A stretch of 64,000 nucleotides of DNA from Spirochaetia bacterium (GTDB lineage: Bacteria > Spirochaetota > Spirochaetia > SZUA-6 > Bin103): assembly GCA_965208575.1 (NCBI GenBank), contig CBDBOV010000002.1:96001-160000 (forward strand), in the 5' to 3' direction. The notes under the pieces are model-generated. The model saw nothing but the letters and a program-made list of their open reading frames with translations. It was not told where the DNA came from and did no database searches. This document shows, piece after piece, positions 32,564 to 46,447 of the stretch. Each line of letters begins with the position of its first letter. Position 1 is the stretch's first letter. The translations under genes were made by a program, and so were the position numbers.

Positions 32564-34599
32564 GACACGGGGATGTCCAGACACCACCTCGTGTCGCGGA
32601 GAGGCCTTACAGCGCGGCTGAGGCGACATTTCTTGACGCCGACCGTCTGGCTCACGGATATACGGGCGTCAGAGACGCTCAGAAGTCATTTGCCGAGCCG
32701 GGTGATGCCGCCCACGCCGCGAGCGGCGCGCAGGTTGCTGCGGAGCGCACGGAGCGAGGCGCCCCGGACAACTGCACCGAGGTGCGTTGCCCGGGGCAGG
32801 GTCATGACAATTCCCCACCGCCGGGACGGGGTAGGCGACGAGGTTGCGACACCGGAGCCGTCGGGATCGAACGGGGCGGAGGAGATGCTGTACCCCGCTG
32901 ACGGACGGAGGGCGTAGCCCGACCGGAGTCAGCCGGCGCGGTGCCGTGGAGGCCACCGTGGACGACGCCGAGATGGCGGACCAGGCAGCCAAGCTGCTCG
33001 CTTCCGGGATGAGCGGCTCAGCCTGCGCTCGCGAACTCGGCATCCCGGTGAGCACCTTCAACGAGAACCGCCGCGCCGGCGTCATCACAGATCCCACCCG
33101 GGAGCCCGCCGCCAGCGCCGAGGTTGCGCCGGCGGCCACCACCACTGATCACCCGGTCAGCACCGCCGCCGCGGTCAGCGACCCGGCGGTCGCCACTGAG
33201 CGCGCCAGCCGCGACGCCCGCGACAAGCACGCGCCCATGGGCCGCGCGGCGCGCGACGTGGAACGCCGCACGCTCGCCAGAGCCGGCCTGCTGACCGAGG
33301 CCACACCAGCGTTCGTCGAGCCCGCCCACGCGGTCGCTGGCGGCGGCGTGCTGGCCGCACTGGCGATGCTGCTGCGCGAGGGCCTGCTCACCGCCGCCAA
33401 CCGCCTGTTCCGCCTGCCGGCCGGATTCTACGGCCTGACCACCATCCTCCTGTTCGTCGCCTGCATGACCCTGGCCCGGGTGCGCAACCCCGAGAGCCTG
33501 CGCTACCAGGCACCCGGCGAGTGGGGCGCCATCCTCGGCCTCGACCGCTGTCCGGAGACCAAGACGCTGCGCCGCAAGATCAGGCTGCTGGCCAGCGCCG
33601 AGCACACCGTGCGCGATTGGCAATCGGTACTGGCGCGTACCTGGGCCAGCGAGCACGACGACGACTGGACGACGCTGGCCGTGGATGGCCACGTGAAGGT
33701 GTACACCGGGCGCAACGGGCGGTTGCCGAAACACTTCGTCGCACGCCAGAAGCTGTGTCTGCCGGCGTCGGTGAGCTACTGGATCAACGCCCTCGGCGGC
33801 GCACCGCTGCTGTGCCTGCACAAGGCGCTGGACCCGAAGCCGGTGAATGCGATCAAGCACGACGTGGTGCCGCAGTTGCAGCACCTGGGGGTGGTGACCG
33901 AAGCGGCCCCCGACCTGACCGGAGCACCGGCCGGTACCCCGCAGCTGACCCTGGTGTTCGACCGCGAGGGCTGGAGCCCGGACCTGTTCAAGCGCCTGGC
34001 CCGGCGTGGCATCGCCTGCATCACCTGGCACAAGAACTTCAACGGCGCGGACTGGCTGCCGGAAGACTTCCACACCTTCGAGGTACCGATCCATGGTCCC
34101 GCCGGCACCAGCACGACTGCGGTTGATCTGGCCGAGCAGCCGATCATGCTGCGCAACGGGCTGGTGGTGCGCCAGATCCGGCGGCGTCTGGCCAACGGTC
34201 GTCAGGTGGCGGTGATCACCACGCACCCGCAGATGCCGTTGGCGCAGGTCGCCGGCGCCATGTTCTCGCGCTGGTCGCAGGAGAACTTCTTCAAGTACCT
34301 GCGCGAGCAGTTCAACCTTGACGCGCTGCCGAGCCATGACCTTGCGCCGCCGGAGCCCGACGCACGGGTCGTGAACCGGTGCGCCGGGCCCTGGAAAAGA
34401 GCATCAGGCGGGTACGCAGCCGGCTGGCAGCGGTCCGCAATCGCCTCGCCGAGGCACTGCAGGGACGGCACCGGGACTCCGCCACCCGGCTTACGGTCGC
34501 GGATAAAGTTGCACTGAATTGCATGGTTATGCATAGACACGGGGGTATCCAGACACCACCTCGTGTCGTGGAGGGGCCTTACAGCGCGGCTGAGGCGAC
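32564..34599. repeat. 64-bp internal direct repeats (32564-32627 and 34536-34599) bracketing the cargo
   Basis: GACACGGGG..TCCAGACACCACCTCGTGTCG..GCCTTACAGCGCGGCTGAGGCGAC, 60/64 identical by eye. Confidence 0.85.
32946..34517 (+). pseudogene. Truncated, frameshifted second transposase carried as cargo
   Basis: HTH (SACARELGIPVST), GLDRCPE, VDGH, VFDREG, RWSQENFFK; frame changes at VVN (~34377) into RRALEKSIRR; boundaries approximate. Confidence 0.75.
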
Positions 34600-34659
34600 G
34601 TTTTCTCATCGCTGACCGCCCATTCTCCGATTATCGACCGTCAGACCCGCCTGAGAGGG

Positions 34660-35934
34660 TCATTTTGCCGTGCGACCGCTGCCACCACGCTCCTCGCTCG
34701 GTGTTTGCACCGTGCTTGGTGCGGCCTTGGCGGTCTTGCTGACGTTCAGCTGCAGCAGATCCTCGGTCAACCTGGTCAGCTCGCGCTTGAGGGCGACCGG
34801 ATTCAACGTCGCGTACTGCTGCTTGAGGCGGTTCTTCACCTTCTCGCTCACCGACTCGGAGGCCAGCATGCGGTGATACGGCGTCTGCGGGTCGTCATAG
34901 ATGCGGCGCACCTTGCTGCCGGTGCGGGTTTTCTTCACCAGCTTCACCGAGGGATAGAAGAAGTTCACCAGCAGGCACAGCGGGCGGTATATCGCGTTGA
35001 GGGCAGCCAGTTCCCGGTCGGTGTCGTAACGCAGGTGGCCGACCGCCCGTCGCACCACGTGGCCATTCTTCTGCTCGACGTAGCAGGTGTCGTTCTTGCG
35101 ATGCGGGCGACCCCGAGTGAACGTGATGCCGTGCGCTTCGCAATAGCGCAGCAAATGATGATTGATGAACTCGCTGCCGTTGTCGGTGTCGATCCCCCGC
35201 ATCACGATCGGCAGGCTCTGCCGGGCAGCGTCGATCGCCTCGTGGGTCCAGCGCTGCGCCTTGTTCTGCACGCCGTACAGGTCGACCCAGCCGGTGTCAA
35301 CGTCGGTGATGGTGAGCGTGTGGCAGAAGTCGCCTGACGCGTTGCCGCCTTCATGGCCCACCAAGTCGATCTCGAAGAAGCCCGGCTCCTGCTCGTCCCA
35401 GTCAGCGAAGGTTCGGATCGCGATCTGATCCTTCAGGAGGGTGCCCGGCTTGGTGTGCGTGCGACCCTTCAGGCGCAGCCGTGCGCGCTCCTGCTGCAGC
35501 AGCCGGTCGATGGTCGCGGCGCTGATGGTCTGCAGCTTGCCGCGCACCGCTGCGGTCAGCTCGATCTCGCCGAACGACTCCAGCGTCGGCAGCATGGTGC
35601 GCAGCACGACCACCAGGCGCTTGCCGCACATGCAGTCGAACACGTACCAGATCAGCTTCAGAGCGACCAGCACCTCCTGGTCGTAGCGCCGCGGTCGCAC
35701 GCGGCGCTGGGCAGGCCGCGGACGCCCGACCACCAGCTTCACCAGTGTGCCGTCGACTCGCACCATGCGGGTCCGTCCCCACCAGGTCAACAGATGGATC
35801 GCGTACTTGCGCTGGTACCCGGTCGACTCGACGAACTCGTCGAGTATGCGCCCCTTCTCCTTCTTGCCCGCCCGACGATACCGCTGCGCGTGCTGCTCGG
35901 TGAGCTCTCGCCTTGAACTCATCTTCAACCCCAT
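34660..35934 (-). CDS. DDE (rve/integrase-core) transposase, 424 aa, possibly ISNCY-group
   Basis: EIDLVGH, DTDNGSEF, CYVEQKN catalytic segments; GGAGGAG RBS. Confidence 0.9.
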   Translation of the reverse strand: MGLKMSSRRELTEQHAQRYRRAGKKEKGRILDEFVESTGYQRKYAIHLLTWWGRTRMVRVDGTLVKLVVGRPRPAQRRVRPRRYDQEVLVALKLIWYVFDCMCGKRLVVVLRTMLPTLESFGEIELTAAVRGKLQTISAATIDRLLQQERARLRLKGRTHTKPGTLLKDQIAIRTFADWDEQEPGFFEIDLVGHEGGNASGDFCHTLTITDVDTGWVDLYGVQNKAQRWTHEAIDAARQSLPIVMRGIDTDNGSEFINHHLLRYCEAHGITFTRGRPHRKNDTCYVEQKNGHVVRRAVGHLRYDTDRELAALNAIYRPLCLLVNFFYPSVKLVKKTRTGSKVRRIYDDPQTPYHRMLASESVSEKVKNRLKQQYATLNPVALKRELTRLTEDLLQLNVSKTAKAAPSTVQTPSEERGGSGRTAK

Positions 35935-36065
35935 CTCCTCCGGAACCTCCTCACGTCCCTCGGAGAGGCTCCAACCGGACCCGGAAGGTCCAGCCCGTTC
36001 GGTTAGATTTTTAGATGAGGCATGCTTTCGCTACGGTTAGATTTTCGATGAGTCAATGCGCCGGA

Positions 36066-36095
36066 TTGACAGGAGCGCGGCGGCGCCCGTATACT
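36066..36095 (+). promoter_or_regulatory. Sigma70 promoter of the rpmH operon
   Basis: TTGACA-18-TATACT. Confidence 0.85.
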
Positions 36096-36142
36096 CGCAC
36101 GACTGAACTCGCGACCGGCGCCAGCCGGATTCCAAGGATCTC

Positions 36143-36298
36143 ATGAAACGTACCTACCAACCAAGCCGTACACGCCGCCGCCGGCGATTCGGGTTCCGGG
36201 AACGCATGAGTACGCGTTCCGGGCGCAACATTCTCAAACGCCGGCGACGGAAGGGGCGCACCAAGCTCTCGGTGTCGGATGAAAAGAAGCCTTACTAA
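36143..36298 (+). CDS. rpmH: 50S ribosomal protein L34
   Basis: Not in ORF track; [51 protein letters not shown]. Confidence 0.97.
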   Translation: MKRTYQPSRTRRRRRFGFRERMSTRSGRNILKRRRRKGRTKLSVSDEKKPY

Positions 36299-36671
36299 GC
36301 ACGAACGGGTTACCGACCGGCGCCGCGTGCGCAAGCTGTTCCGCGCCCGCTCCACGCCCCGCCGCAGCGGTCTGCGGGTGTACTATGCCGCCAATCATGC
36401 GGACCTGAGCCGGGTAGTGGTATGTCCGGCGCGTGGCTTCGCCCATGCGCCGGCGCGCAACCGGCAGCGCCGCCTGGTGCGTGAGGCGTACCGTCTTCTG
36501 AAACACCGCGTGGCGCCGGGCTACGACCTGCTGCTGCAGGTGCGGCCGCGGCGCCGTGAACTGGGCGTACGGGCGGCCGGCGAGATCCTTGCCGGGTTGC
36601 TCGACGGCGCCGGCCTGCTGCGCCCGCCGGTACACGACGGCGCGGGCGCGGGCCGGGGTCAAGCGCGATGA
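36279..36671 (+). CDS. rnpA: Ribonuclease P protein component
   Basis: Synteny; [14 protein letters not shown] motif. Confidence 0.9.
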   Translation: MKRSLTKHERVTDRRRVRKLFRARSTPRRSGLRVYYAANHADLSRVVVCPARGFAHAPARNRQRRLVREAYRLLKHRVAPGYDLLLQVRPRRRELGVRAAGEILAGLLDGAGLLRPPVHDGAGAGRGQAR

Positions 36672-36919
36672 GCCGGGTGCAGGCGGCCGGCGCGGGGCGG
36701 CGGATGCTCACGGCCGCGATCCGGTGCTATCAACTGTTGCTGTCGCCGCTGCTGCCGGCGAGCTGCCGCTTCCACCCGACCTGTTCCCACTACATGGCCG
36801 AGGCGGTCGCCACCCATGGCGTGGTGCGCGGGACGGGTCTCGGTCTGCGGCGCATTCTGCGCTGCCATCCGTTCCACCGAGGCGGCTACGACCCGGTTCC
36901 GCCGGCACCGCGGCGTTAG
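36668..36919 (+). CDS. yidD: Membrane protein insertion efficiency factor
   Basis: [25 protein letters not shown]. Confidence 0.93.
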   Translation: MSRVQAAGAGRRMLTAAIRCYQLLLSPLLPASCRFHPTCSHYMAEAVATHGVVRGTGLGLRRILRCHPFHRGGYDPVPPAPRR

Positions 36920-36925
36920 ACTCCC

Positions 36926-38698
36926 ATGGATCGCAGAACCCTGATCGCCGTCGGCCTTTCGGTCGTCGTCATCGTCGGCAGCCTGCTGGTGCAGACGTTC
37001 CTGTTTCCGACGCCGGACGGCGCCCTCGGGTTGGGTGCGCCCACGGCCGCGAGGGTACCCGCCGCCGACCAGGACGCCGCGGCGGCGGGTGTTCGTCCCG
37101 ACGTGTTCGCGCCGGTTGCCAGCACGGTGGCCGCGGCCGGCGAAGACTCGGCGGTCGGGCCGCGCCTGATCGTCAAGGAGACCGACCTGTTTTCGCTGGC
37201 GTTTACTACCGCCGGCGGCGATCTCACTTCGATCAGGCTGAAGCAGCATCACGACGTGGACGGTACCGAGGTGGAACTGGTGCTGCGGCCCGAGCAACAT
37301 CGCCTGTTTACCGTGGCGTTCGGCGGCTTTCGCACCGAGCCGGTGGACGCCACCTTTTCGTTCCAGGAAGTGGACCAGTATACGTGGCGCTTCACGCGCC
37401 AGTTCACGGCCGAGGACGGCGTCCCGTTTACGCTCGCCAAGACGTACACGTTTCCGCCCAATTCGTACCTGTTCGAGCTCGAGATCGACATCGAAAACTC
37501 GGCCAACGCGCTGCCCGCGCTCAACTTCCAGGGCAGCTCCTACACGCTCGGCATCGGTCCGCAGATCGGCCCCGAGTACGAGAACCTGGACGGGCGCAAC
37601 GAGTTCCGCAACTTTCGCAACTACGTGGACGGCAAGGCGCGCAACCAGCGGATGCGGCGGGAAGCGGTGCTCGCCGAGACCAAGCGCGTCAACTGGACCG
37701 CGATCGCGGGCAAGTACTTCGCCATCATCGCGGTGCCCGACGCCACCCTGTACACGATCACCTACGACAAGCGCAAGGATCCGGAGCTGGGCGAACGCAC
37801 CGCCCTGTTCTTCAGCCGTCCGCAGATTACCAGTTCCCGCAACAGCGACACGTTCCGGTTCTACGCCGGTCCGCTGAAGCGGGAGATTCTGAACCGCTAC
37901 AACAACGCGGCGGCCGATCCGTTCGCGATCGGCAACTATCACTTCGAGGAGGCGGCGCGCACCAATCCGATCATCGGCTGGCTGGCCAACATACTGCGCT
38001 TCTTCCTGGACTTCTTCTACCGCCTCATTCCCAACTACGGCGTGGCCATCATCCTGCTCACCGTACTGATCAAGATTCTGTTCTTTCCGCTTACCCAGAA
38101 GAGCTTCGAGTCGACCAGCAAGATGAGCATGCTCGGTCCGAAAATCGAAGAGATCAAGAAGAAGTACCAGGGCAAGCCGGAGAAACTGAACCAGGAGATG
38201 ATGGCGCTGTACCGCAAGGAAGGCGTGAACCCGGTTGGCGGCTGTCTCCCGCTGCTGCTGCAGATGCCGATATTCTTCGCCCTGTTCGAACTGCTCAACA
38301 ATGCGTTCGACCTGCGCGGGGCGCCGTTCATCTCGCCCTGGATCGGCGACCTGTCGGCGCCGGAGAGCTTCTTGCCGTTCGGGTTCACGCTGCCGCTGCT
38401 GAACTGGGACGAGTTGCGCATTCTGCCGTTCGTCATGCTCGGAACCACGCTGCTGCAGTCGCGCATCTCGCAGAATCCGAGCGCCATGCAGCCGCAGATG
38501 AAGATGATGATGTACGCGATGCCGATATTCTTCTTCTTCATCCTGTACAGCATGCCGTCCGGGTTGGTGATCTACTGGACGATGCAGAACGTGCTGTCGA
38601 TTGCGCAGCAGCTTTACATCAATGACCGCCGCCGGCGCGCCGGACCGGACGCCGGCACGCCGGGCAAGGGCCGCGGTCCGCGCGGCAAGTCGCGTTAG
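36926..38698 (+). CDS. yidC: Membrane protein insertase YidC
   Basis: NYGVAIILLT, GGCLPLLLQMPIF, PSGLVIYW. Confidence 0.97.
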   Translation: MDRRTLIAVGLSVVVIVGSLLVQTFLFPTPDGALGLGAPTAARVPAADQDAAAAGVRPDVFAPVASTVAAAGEDSAVGPRLIVKETDLFSLAFTTAGGDLTSIRLKQHHDVDGTEVELVLRPEQHRLFTVAFGGFRTEPVDATFSFQEVDQYTWRFTRQFTAEDGVPFTLAKTYTFPPNSYLFELEIDIENSANALPALNFQGSSYTLGIGPQIGPEYENLDGRNEFRNFRNYVDGKARNQRMRREAVLAETKRVNWTAIAGKYFAIIAVPDATLYTITYDKRKDPELGERTALFFSRPQITSSRNSDTFRFYAGPLKREILNRYNNAAADPFAIGNYHFEEAARTNPIIGWLANILRFFLDFFYRLIPNYGVAIILLTVLIKILFFPLTQKSFESTSKMSMLGPKIEEIKKKYQGKPEKLNQEMMALYRKEGVNPVGGCLPLLLQMPIFFALFELLNNAFDLRGAPFISPWIGDLSAPESFLPFGFTLPLLNWDELRILPFVMLGTTLLQSRISQNPSAMQPQMKMMMYAMPIFFFFILYSMPSGLVIYWTMQNVLSIAQQLYINDRRRRAGPDAGTPGKGRGPRGKSR

Positions 38699-38721
38699 CT
38701 CATGAGATAGGAGAGGTCCGT

Positions 38722-39375
38722 ATGGCGGAACGGGAATTCGAGGGACGCACCGAAGAGGAGGCGATCGACAAGGCGATCGAAGCGCTCGGTCTTGCCGAGG
38801 ACGAGATCGACGTCGAAGTGGTCGACGAGCAGCGCCCCGGTTTCCTCAAGGGTGGCAGGGTTCGCATTCGTGTGCACCTCGCCGATGACGAGCCGGACGG
38901 CGCCGACTTGCAACCGGAGAACCCGTTCGAGGAGAGGGTCGTGGCGTTCGTCGCCGAGTTGCTCGAGCGGGCCAACCTGCCGGCTGACGTGCGCATCGAC
39001 CAGCGCGAGCAAGGGCGCCTGACGCTCGATATTCTGGCCGACGACCCGGCCATCGTGATCGGCAAACACGGCGCCACCCTGGAAGCCCTGCAACTGATCA
39101 GCAACATCCATGCCGGGCGCATAAACGACGGCGCCCCGGTGCGCGTCATCCTGGACACCGAGGACTATCGCTATCGCCGCGAACAGAGCCTGCTGCGCAT
39201 GGCGAACCGCGTTGCCCACGAGGTGCGCCGCACCGGCAGAGCGCGCCTGCTGGCGCCGCTGAACCCGTTCGAACGGCGCCTCATTCACACCGCCCTCGGC
39301 GAGATGAGCGGGGTCGCCACCGAGAGCGAAGGCGACGGCCTGTACAAGCAGATTCGGGTATCTTCCGTCGACTGA
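38722..39375 (+). CDS. jag: Jag/EloR (KhpB) RNA-binding protein
   Basis: EGRTEEEAI, IGKHGATLEALQ (KH), ERRLIH (R3H). Confidence 0.93.
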   Translation: MAEREFEGRTEEEAIDKAIEALGLAEDEIDVEVVDEQRPGFLKGGRVRIRVHLADDEPDGADLQPENPFEERVVAFVAELLERANLPADVRIDQREQGRLTLDILADDPAIVIGKHGATLEALQLISNIHAGRINDGAPVRVILDTEDYRYRREQSLLRMANRVAHEVRRTGRARLLAPLNPFERRLIHTALGEMSGVATESEGDGLYKQIRVSSVD

Positions 39376-39495
39376 AAGTGGCTGCCGGCGACACCTCGAA
39401 AGAACCGGCGTGGGGGTCTGCAAAGCAACGCCATAGCGGTACTTCTAGCCTTTACTTCGAGCCCGGTTACTGTTACAATTGAATCCGTCTTTTAG

Positions 39496-41466
<1,971 letters not shown>

Positions 41467-41523
41467 TGCGGCGCGGCACGGCGGTCCTGCGCGCAGATTC
41501 TCGCACGGTATTGGAGGGAGCGC

Positions 41524-43974
<2,451 letters not shown>

Positions 43975-44056
43975 CGCGCGCCCTGCGCGGCCATTTCGGC
44001 GCAGGCAGGAACGTCCGTACCGTTCGCAACGAGCGAGCGGCGCCGGTGCGAAGCAG

Positions 44057-44090
44057 GAGCGTTTCACGGGAAACCCGACGGTGAAACAAC
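44057..44090. promoter_or_regulatory. parS-like site in 34-bp repeat, copy 1
   Basis: GAGC GTTTCACGGGAAAC CCGACG GTGAAACAAC; core is 13/14 to GTTTCACGTGAAAC. Confidence 0.7.
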
Positions 44091-44434
44091 AGAGCACGGC
44101 GCCCGGTAATGGTCGCGGTGTCGCCGAGGGCATCCTCGTTGGCGTGCTGATCGGCGAAGGCCACTTCGGAGGCGACGGCCGGCAGCCGCAGGTCACGCTG
44201 CGGATGCACGTGGATCGCGAGGCGTTGTTCCGTTGGATCGTGGCGCGCTTCGGCGGCCGCCTGTACGGGCCCTACCACCATGGCGGGCGTCACTACTACC
44301 AGTGGATGGCCCGTGGCGAGGTTCTGCGTGAGCGGATCGTCCCGCTGCTCGACGCCTGCCTGAGCCCGGAACTGGATCGGCGCAGCTACGATCGCTACAC
44401 GGCGATGAAGGAGCGCTACCGCATCGGTGGCTGA
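44081..44434 (+). CDS. Free-standing single-motif LAGLIDADG-like protein (~117 aa)
   Basis: ILVGVLIGEGHF motif, then QVTLRM...FGGRLY...YYQW...IVPLL; start uncertain. Confidence 0.7.
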   Translation: MKQQSTAPGNGRGVAEGILVGVLIGEGHFGGDGRQPQVTLRMHVDREALFRWIVARFGGRLYGPYHHGGRHYYQWMARGEVLRERIVPLLDACLSPELDRRSYDRYTAMKERYRIGG

Positions 44435-44640
44435 CGGAATGGCGGGAGTGGGCCTGCGGGCAGCAAGCCTCGTCAGTGCAGAGCAGTGCAGAGCAACGTG
44501 CGCCCCGCACCCACGCAGACGCCGGGCGGCACTTGGGCACGGCTGCTTCCACGGAGGAGCCGGCGCAGCTTGCCCGCGCGACGCATGCGTGCCGCGCCGC
44601 CCGGCGTGGGACATCGATGGGGGCAGGTCGCTCACCCGCC

Positions 44641-44674
44641 GAGCGTTTCACGGGAAACCTGACGGTGAAACAAC
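44641..44674. promoter_or_regulatory. parS-like site in 34-bp repeat, copy 2
   Basis: 33/34 identical to 44057-44090; 60 bp upstream of parA. Confidence 0.7.
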
Positions 44675-44734
44675 TCCGGCGGACCGTCATGGTTTGCCAT
44701 CGACCGGCAACATGGCTATCGTTGAGCCGCGTTG

Positions 44735-45496
44735 ATGGCTCGGGCACGACGAATCGTTTTTGCGAATCAGAAGGGCGGCGTAGGAAAAACGACAACCGCC
44801 GTGAATCTCGGCGCCGCGCTGGCGGTGGCGGGGAAACGGGTGTTGCTGGTGGACTTCGATCCGCAGGCCAATTCGTCGACCAGCCTCGGCTGCGACGGCG
44901 AACTGGGTGGCGTCTACGAAATGATCACCGGCGAGCTTGCACCGGAGGAGGTGATCCGGCGCACCGCGGTACCGGGTTACGAGGTGGTGCCATCGAGCAT
45001 CAACCTGGCGGGAGCCGCGGTCGAGCTCGTCAACCTGGAGCGGCGCGAATTCTACCTGAGTGACGCGCTCGACGCCGTCGACAGCGCATACGACTTCCTG
45101 TTCATCGACTGTCCGCCGTCGCTCGGGATCCTGACGATCAATGGCCTCACCGCGGCGTCGCAGGTCATCATTCCGCTGCAATGCGAATATTTTGCGCTGG
45201 AGGGGCTGAGCGAACTGTTGAAGACGATCAAGCGGGTGCAGGGAACCCTGAACCCGGCGCTCACCGTGGGGGGGATTCTGTTCACCATGTTTGACGTCCG
45301 GACCCGGCTGTCGCAGGAGGTGGTGCGGGAGGTGACCGGGTTCTTCCGCCACCAGGTGTTCCGGACCATCATTCCGCGCAACGTCCGCCTCGGAGAGGCG
45401 CCATCCTATTCGCAGCCGATCCAGCTCTACGATCCGAAGTGCATCGGCGCGCGCAGTTACAACGAACTCGCCCGCGAGGTGGCGCAGCATGTCTAA
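44735..45496 (+). CDS. parA: ParA/Soj ATPase
   Basis: NQKGGVGKTTT, DFDPQAN, IDCPPSLG, IPRNVRLGEAPS. Confidence 0.96.
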   Translation: MARARRIVFANQKGGVGKTTTAVNLGAALAVAGKRVLLVDFDPQANSSTSLGCDGELGGVYEMITGELAPEEVIRRTAVPGYEVVPSSINLAGAAVELVNLERREFYLSDALDAVDSAYDFLFIDCPPSLGILTINGLTAASQVIIPLQCEYFALEGLSELLKTIKRVQGTLNPALTVGGILFTMFDVRTRLSQEVVREVTGFFRHQVFRTIIPRNVRLGEAPSYSQPIQLYDPKCIGARSYNELAREVAQHV

Positions 45497-46415
45497 GAGC
45501 CCATCCCGTCCGCGCCGCTCGGCTGCGAAGCGTGGTCTTGGGCGCGGCCTCGGTGCCTTGATGGGCGACCAGGCCGACCTCCCATTGGCCGGCGGCGTTG
45601 CCGAGATCGCCCTCGACGAGATCGACACCAGCGGCGATCAGCCGCGGGTCAGATTCGAGGAGGTCCCGCTCGCGGAGTTGACCCGGTCGATCGCCGCGCA
45701 CGGCGTGCTGCAGCCGATCGTGGTGGAACGGGTGGGCCGGCGCTACCGCGTGATCGCCGGAGAGCGGCGGCTTCGTGCCGCCCAGCGCGCCGGCCTGCAA
45801 AGGATACCGGCAGCGATACGTGCATCCGACGAAGACGACCGGCTTGTCCTGGCGCTGATCGAGAACATCCAGCGCGAGGACCTTACGCCCCTCGAGGAGG
45901 CGAACGCCTACCGTCGCATCATCGACGCGACCGGCGTCAGCCACGAGGAACTCGCCGTGCGCGTGGGCAAGCACCGCTCCACCATCGCCAACAGCCTGCG
46001 GCTGCTCGCGCTCCCGGAGGAGATGCGCAACGCGCTCTCGGAGGGCGCGATGACCGCCGGCCACGCGCGCGCGGTACTGATGATCCCCGATCCGGCGGAG
46101 CGCCAGCGGCTGTTCAAGCGCATCGCGCAGTATTCGGTACGCGAAGCCGAGGCGTACGCGGCGCGCGTGCGGGAGCGGCTCGAGTCCGGCGCGGCACGTC
46201 GCGCCGCGGACCAGTCCGGAGGCCGGCCCGGCGCTCGCCCGGCGCAGGGCACCGACCCGTATCTGCGCGACCTTGAACAACGCCTGATTGACGCCCTCGG
46301 CACGCGCGTGAAGGTGACCGGTACCGTGCGGCACGGCAAGATCGAGGTCACGTTCTTCAACATGGACGACCTCGAGCGCATCGACCGCCACATTACCGGC
46401 CGCTCGCCGAGCTGA
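45489..46415 (+). CDS. parB: ParB/Spo0J
   Basis: GLGRGLGAL, AGERRLRA, ENIQREDL, HTH, GHARA. Confidence 0.96.
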   Translation: MSKSPSRPRRSAAKRGLGRGLGALMGDQADLPLAGGVAEIALDEIDTSGDQPRVRFEEVPLAELTRSIAAHGVLQPIVVERVGRRYRVIAGERRLRAAQRAGLQRIPAAIRASDEDDRLVLALIENIQREDLTPLEEANAYRRIIDATGVSHEELAVRVGKHRSTIANSLRLLALPEEMRNALSEGAMTAGHARAVLMIPDPAERQRLFKRIAQYSVREAEAYAARVRERLESGAARRAADQSGGRPGARPAQGTDPYLRDLEQRLIDALGTRVKVTGTVRHGKIEVTFFNMDDLERIDRHITGRSPS

Positions 46416-46447
46416 TCGTTTCTGACCCGCGTCCGCCGCGCGCCGGA

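Larger units (their letters stand above)
32266..36060 (-). mobile_element. 3,795-bp DDE transposon, copy 1 (5-bp TSD CCGGA)
   Basis: CCGGA at 32261-32265 and 36061-36065; imperfect terminal IRs, each end with two ~22-bp motifs TG(C/A)CTCA...AATCTAACC (32271, 32305; 36001, 36035). Confidence 0.93.

Noticed and set aside
34490-34540. dif/Xer-like site at the cargo junction
   Set aside because: Only a weak XerC-like arm and a short palindrome; no correctly spaced XerD arm
32271-36055. Element boundaries at TG...CA with a 2-bp AT duplication
   Set aside because: Identity between copies extends 5 bp further on each side, where copy-specific 5-bp TSDs appear
43975-44734. LAGLIDADG ORF as a group I intron or intein
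   Set aside because: gyrA and parA are complete; no split host gene or splicing motifs seen
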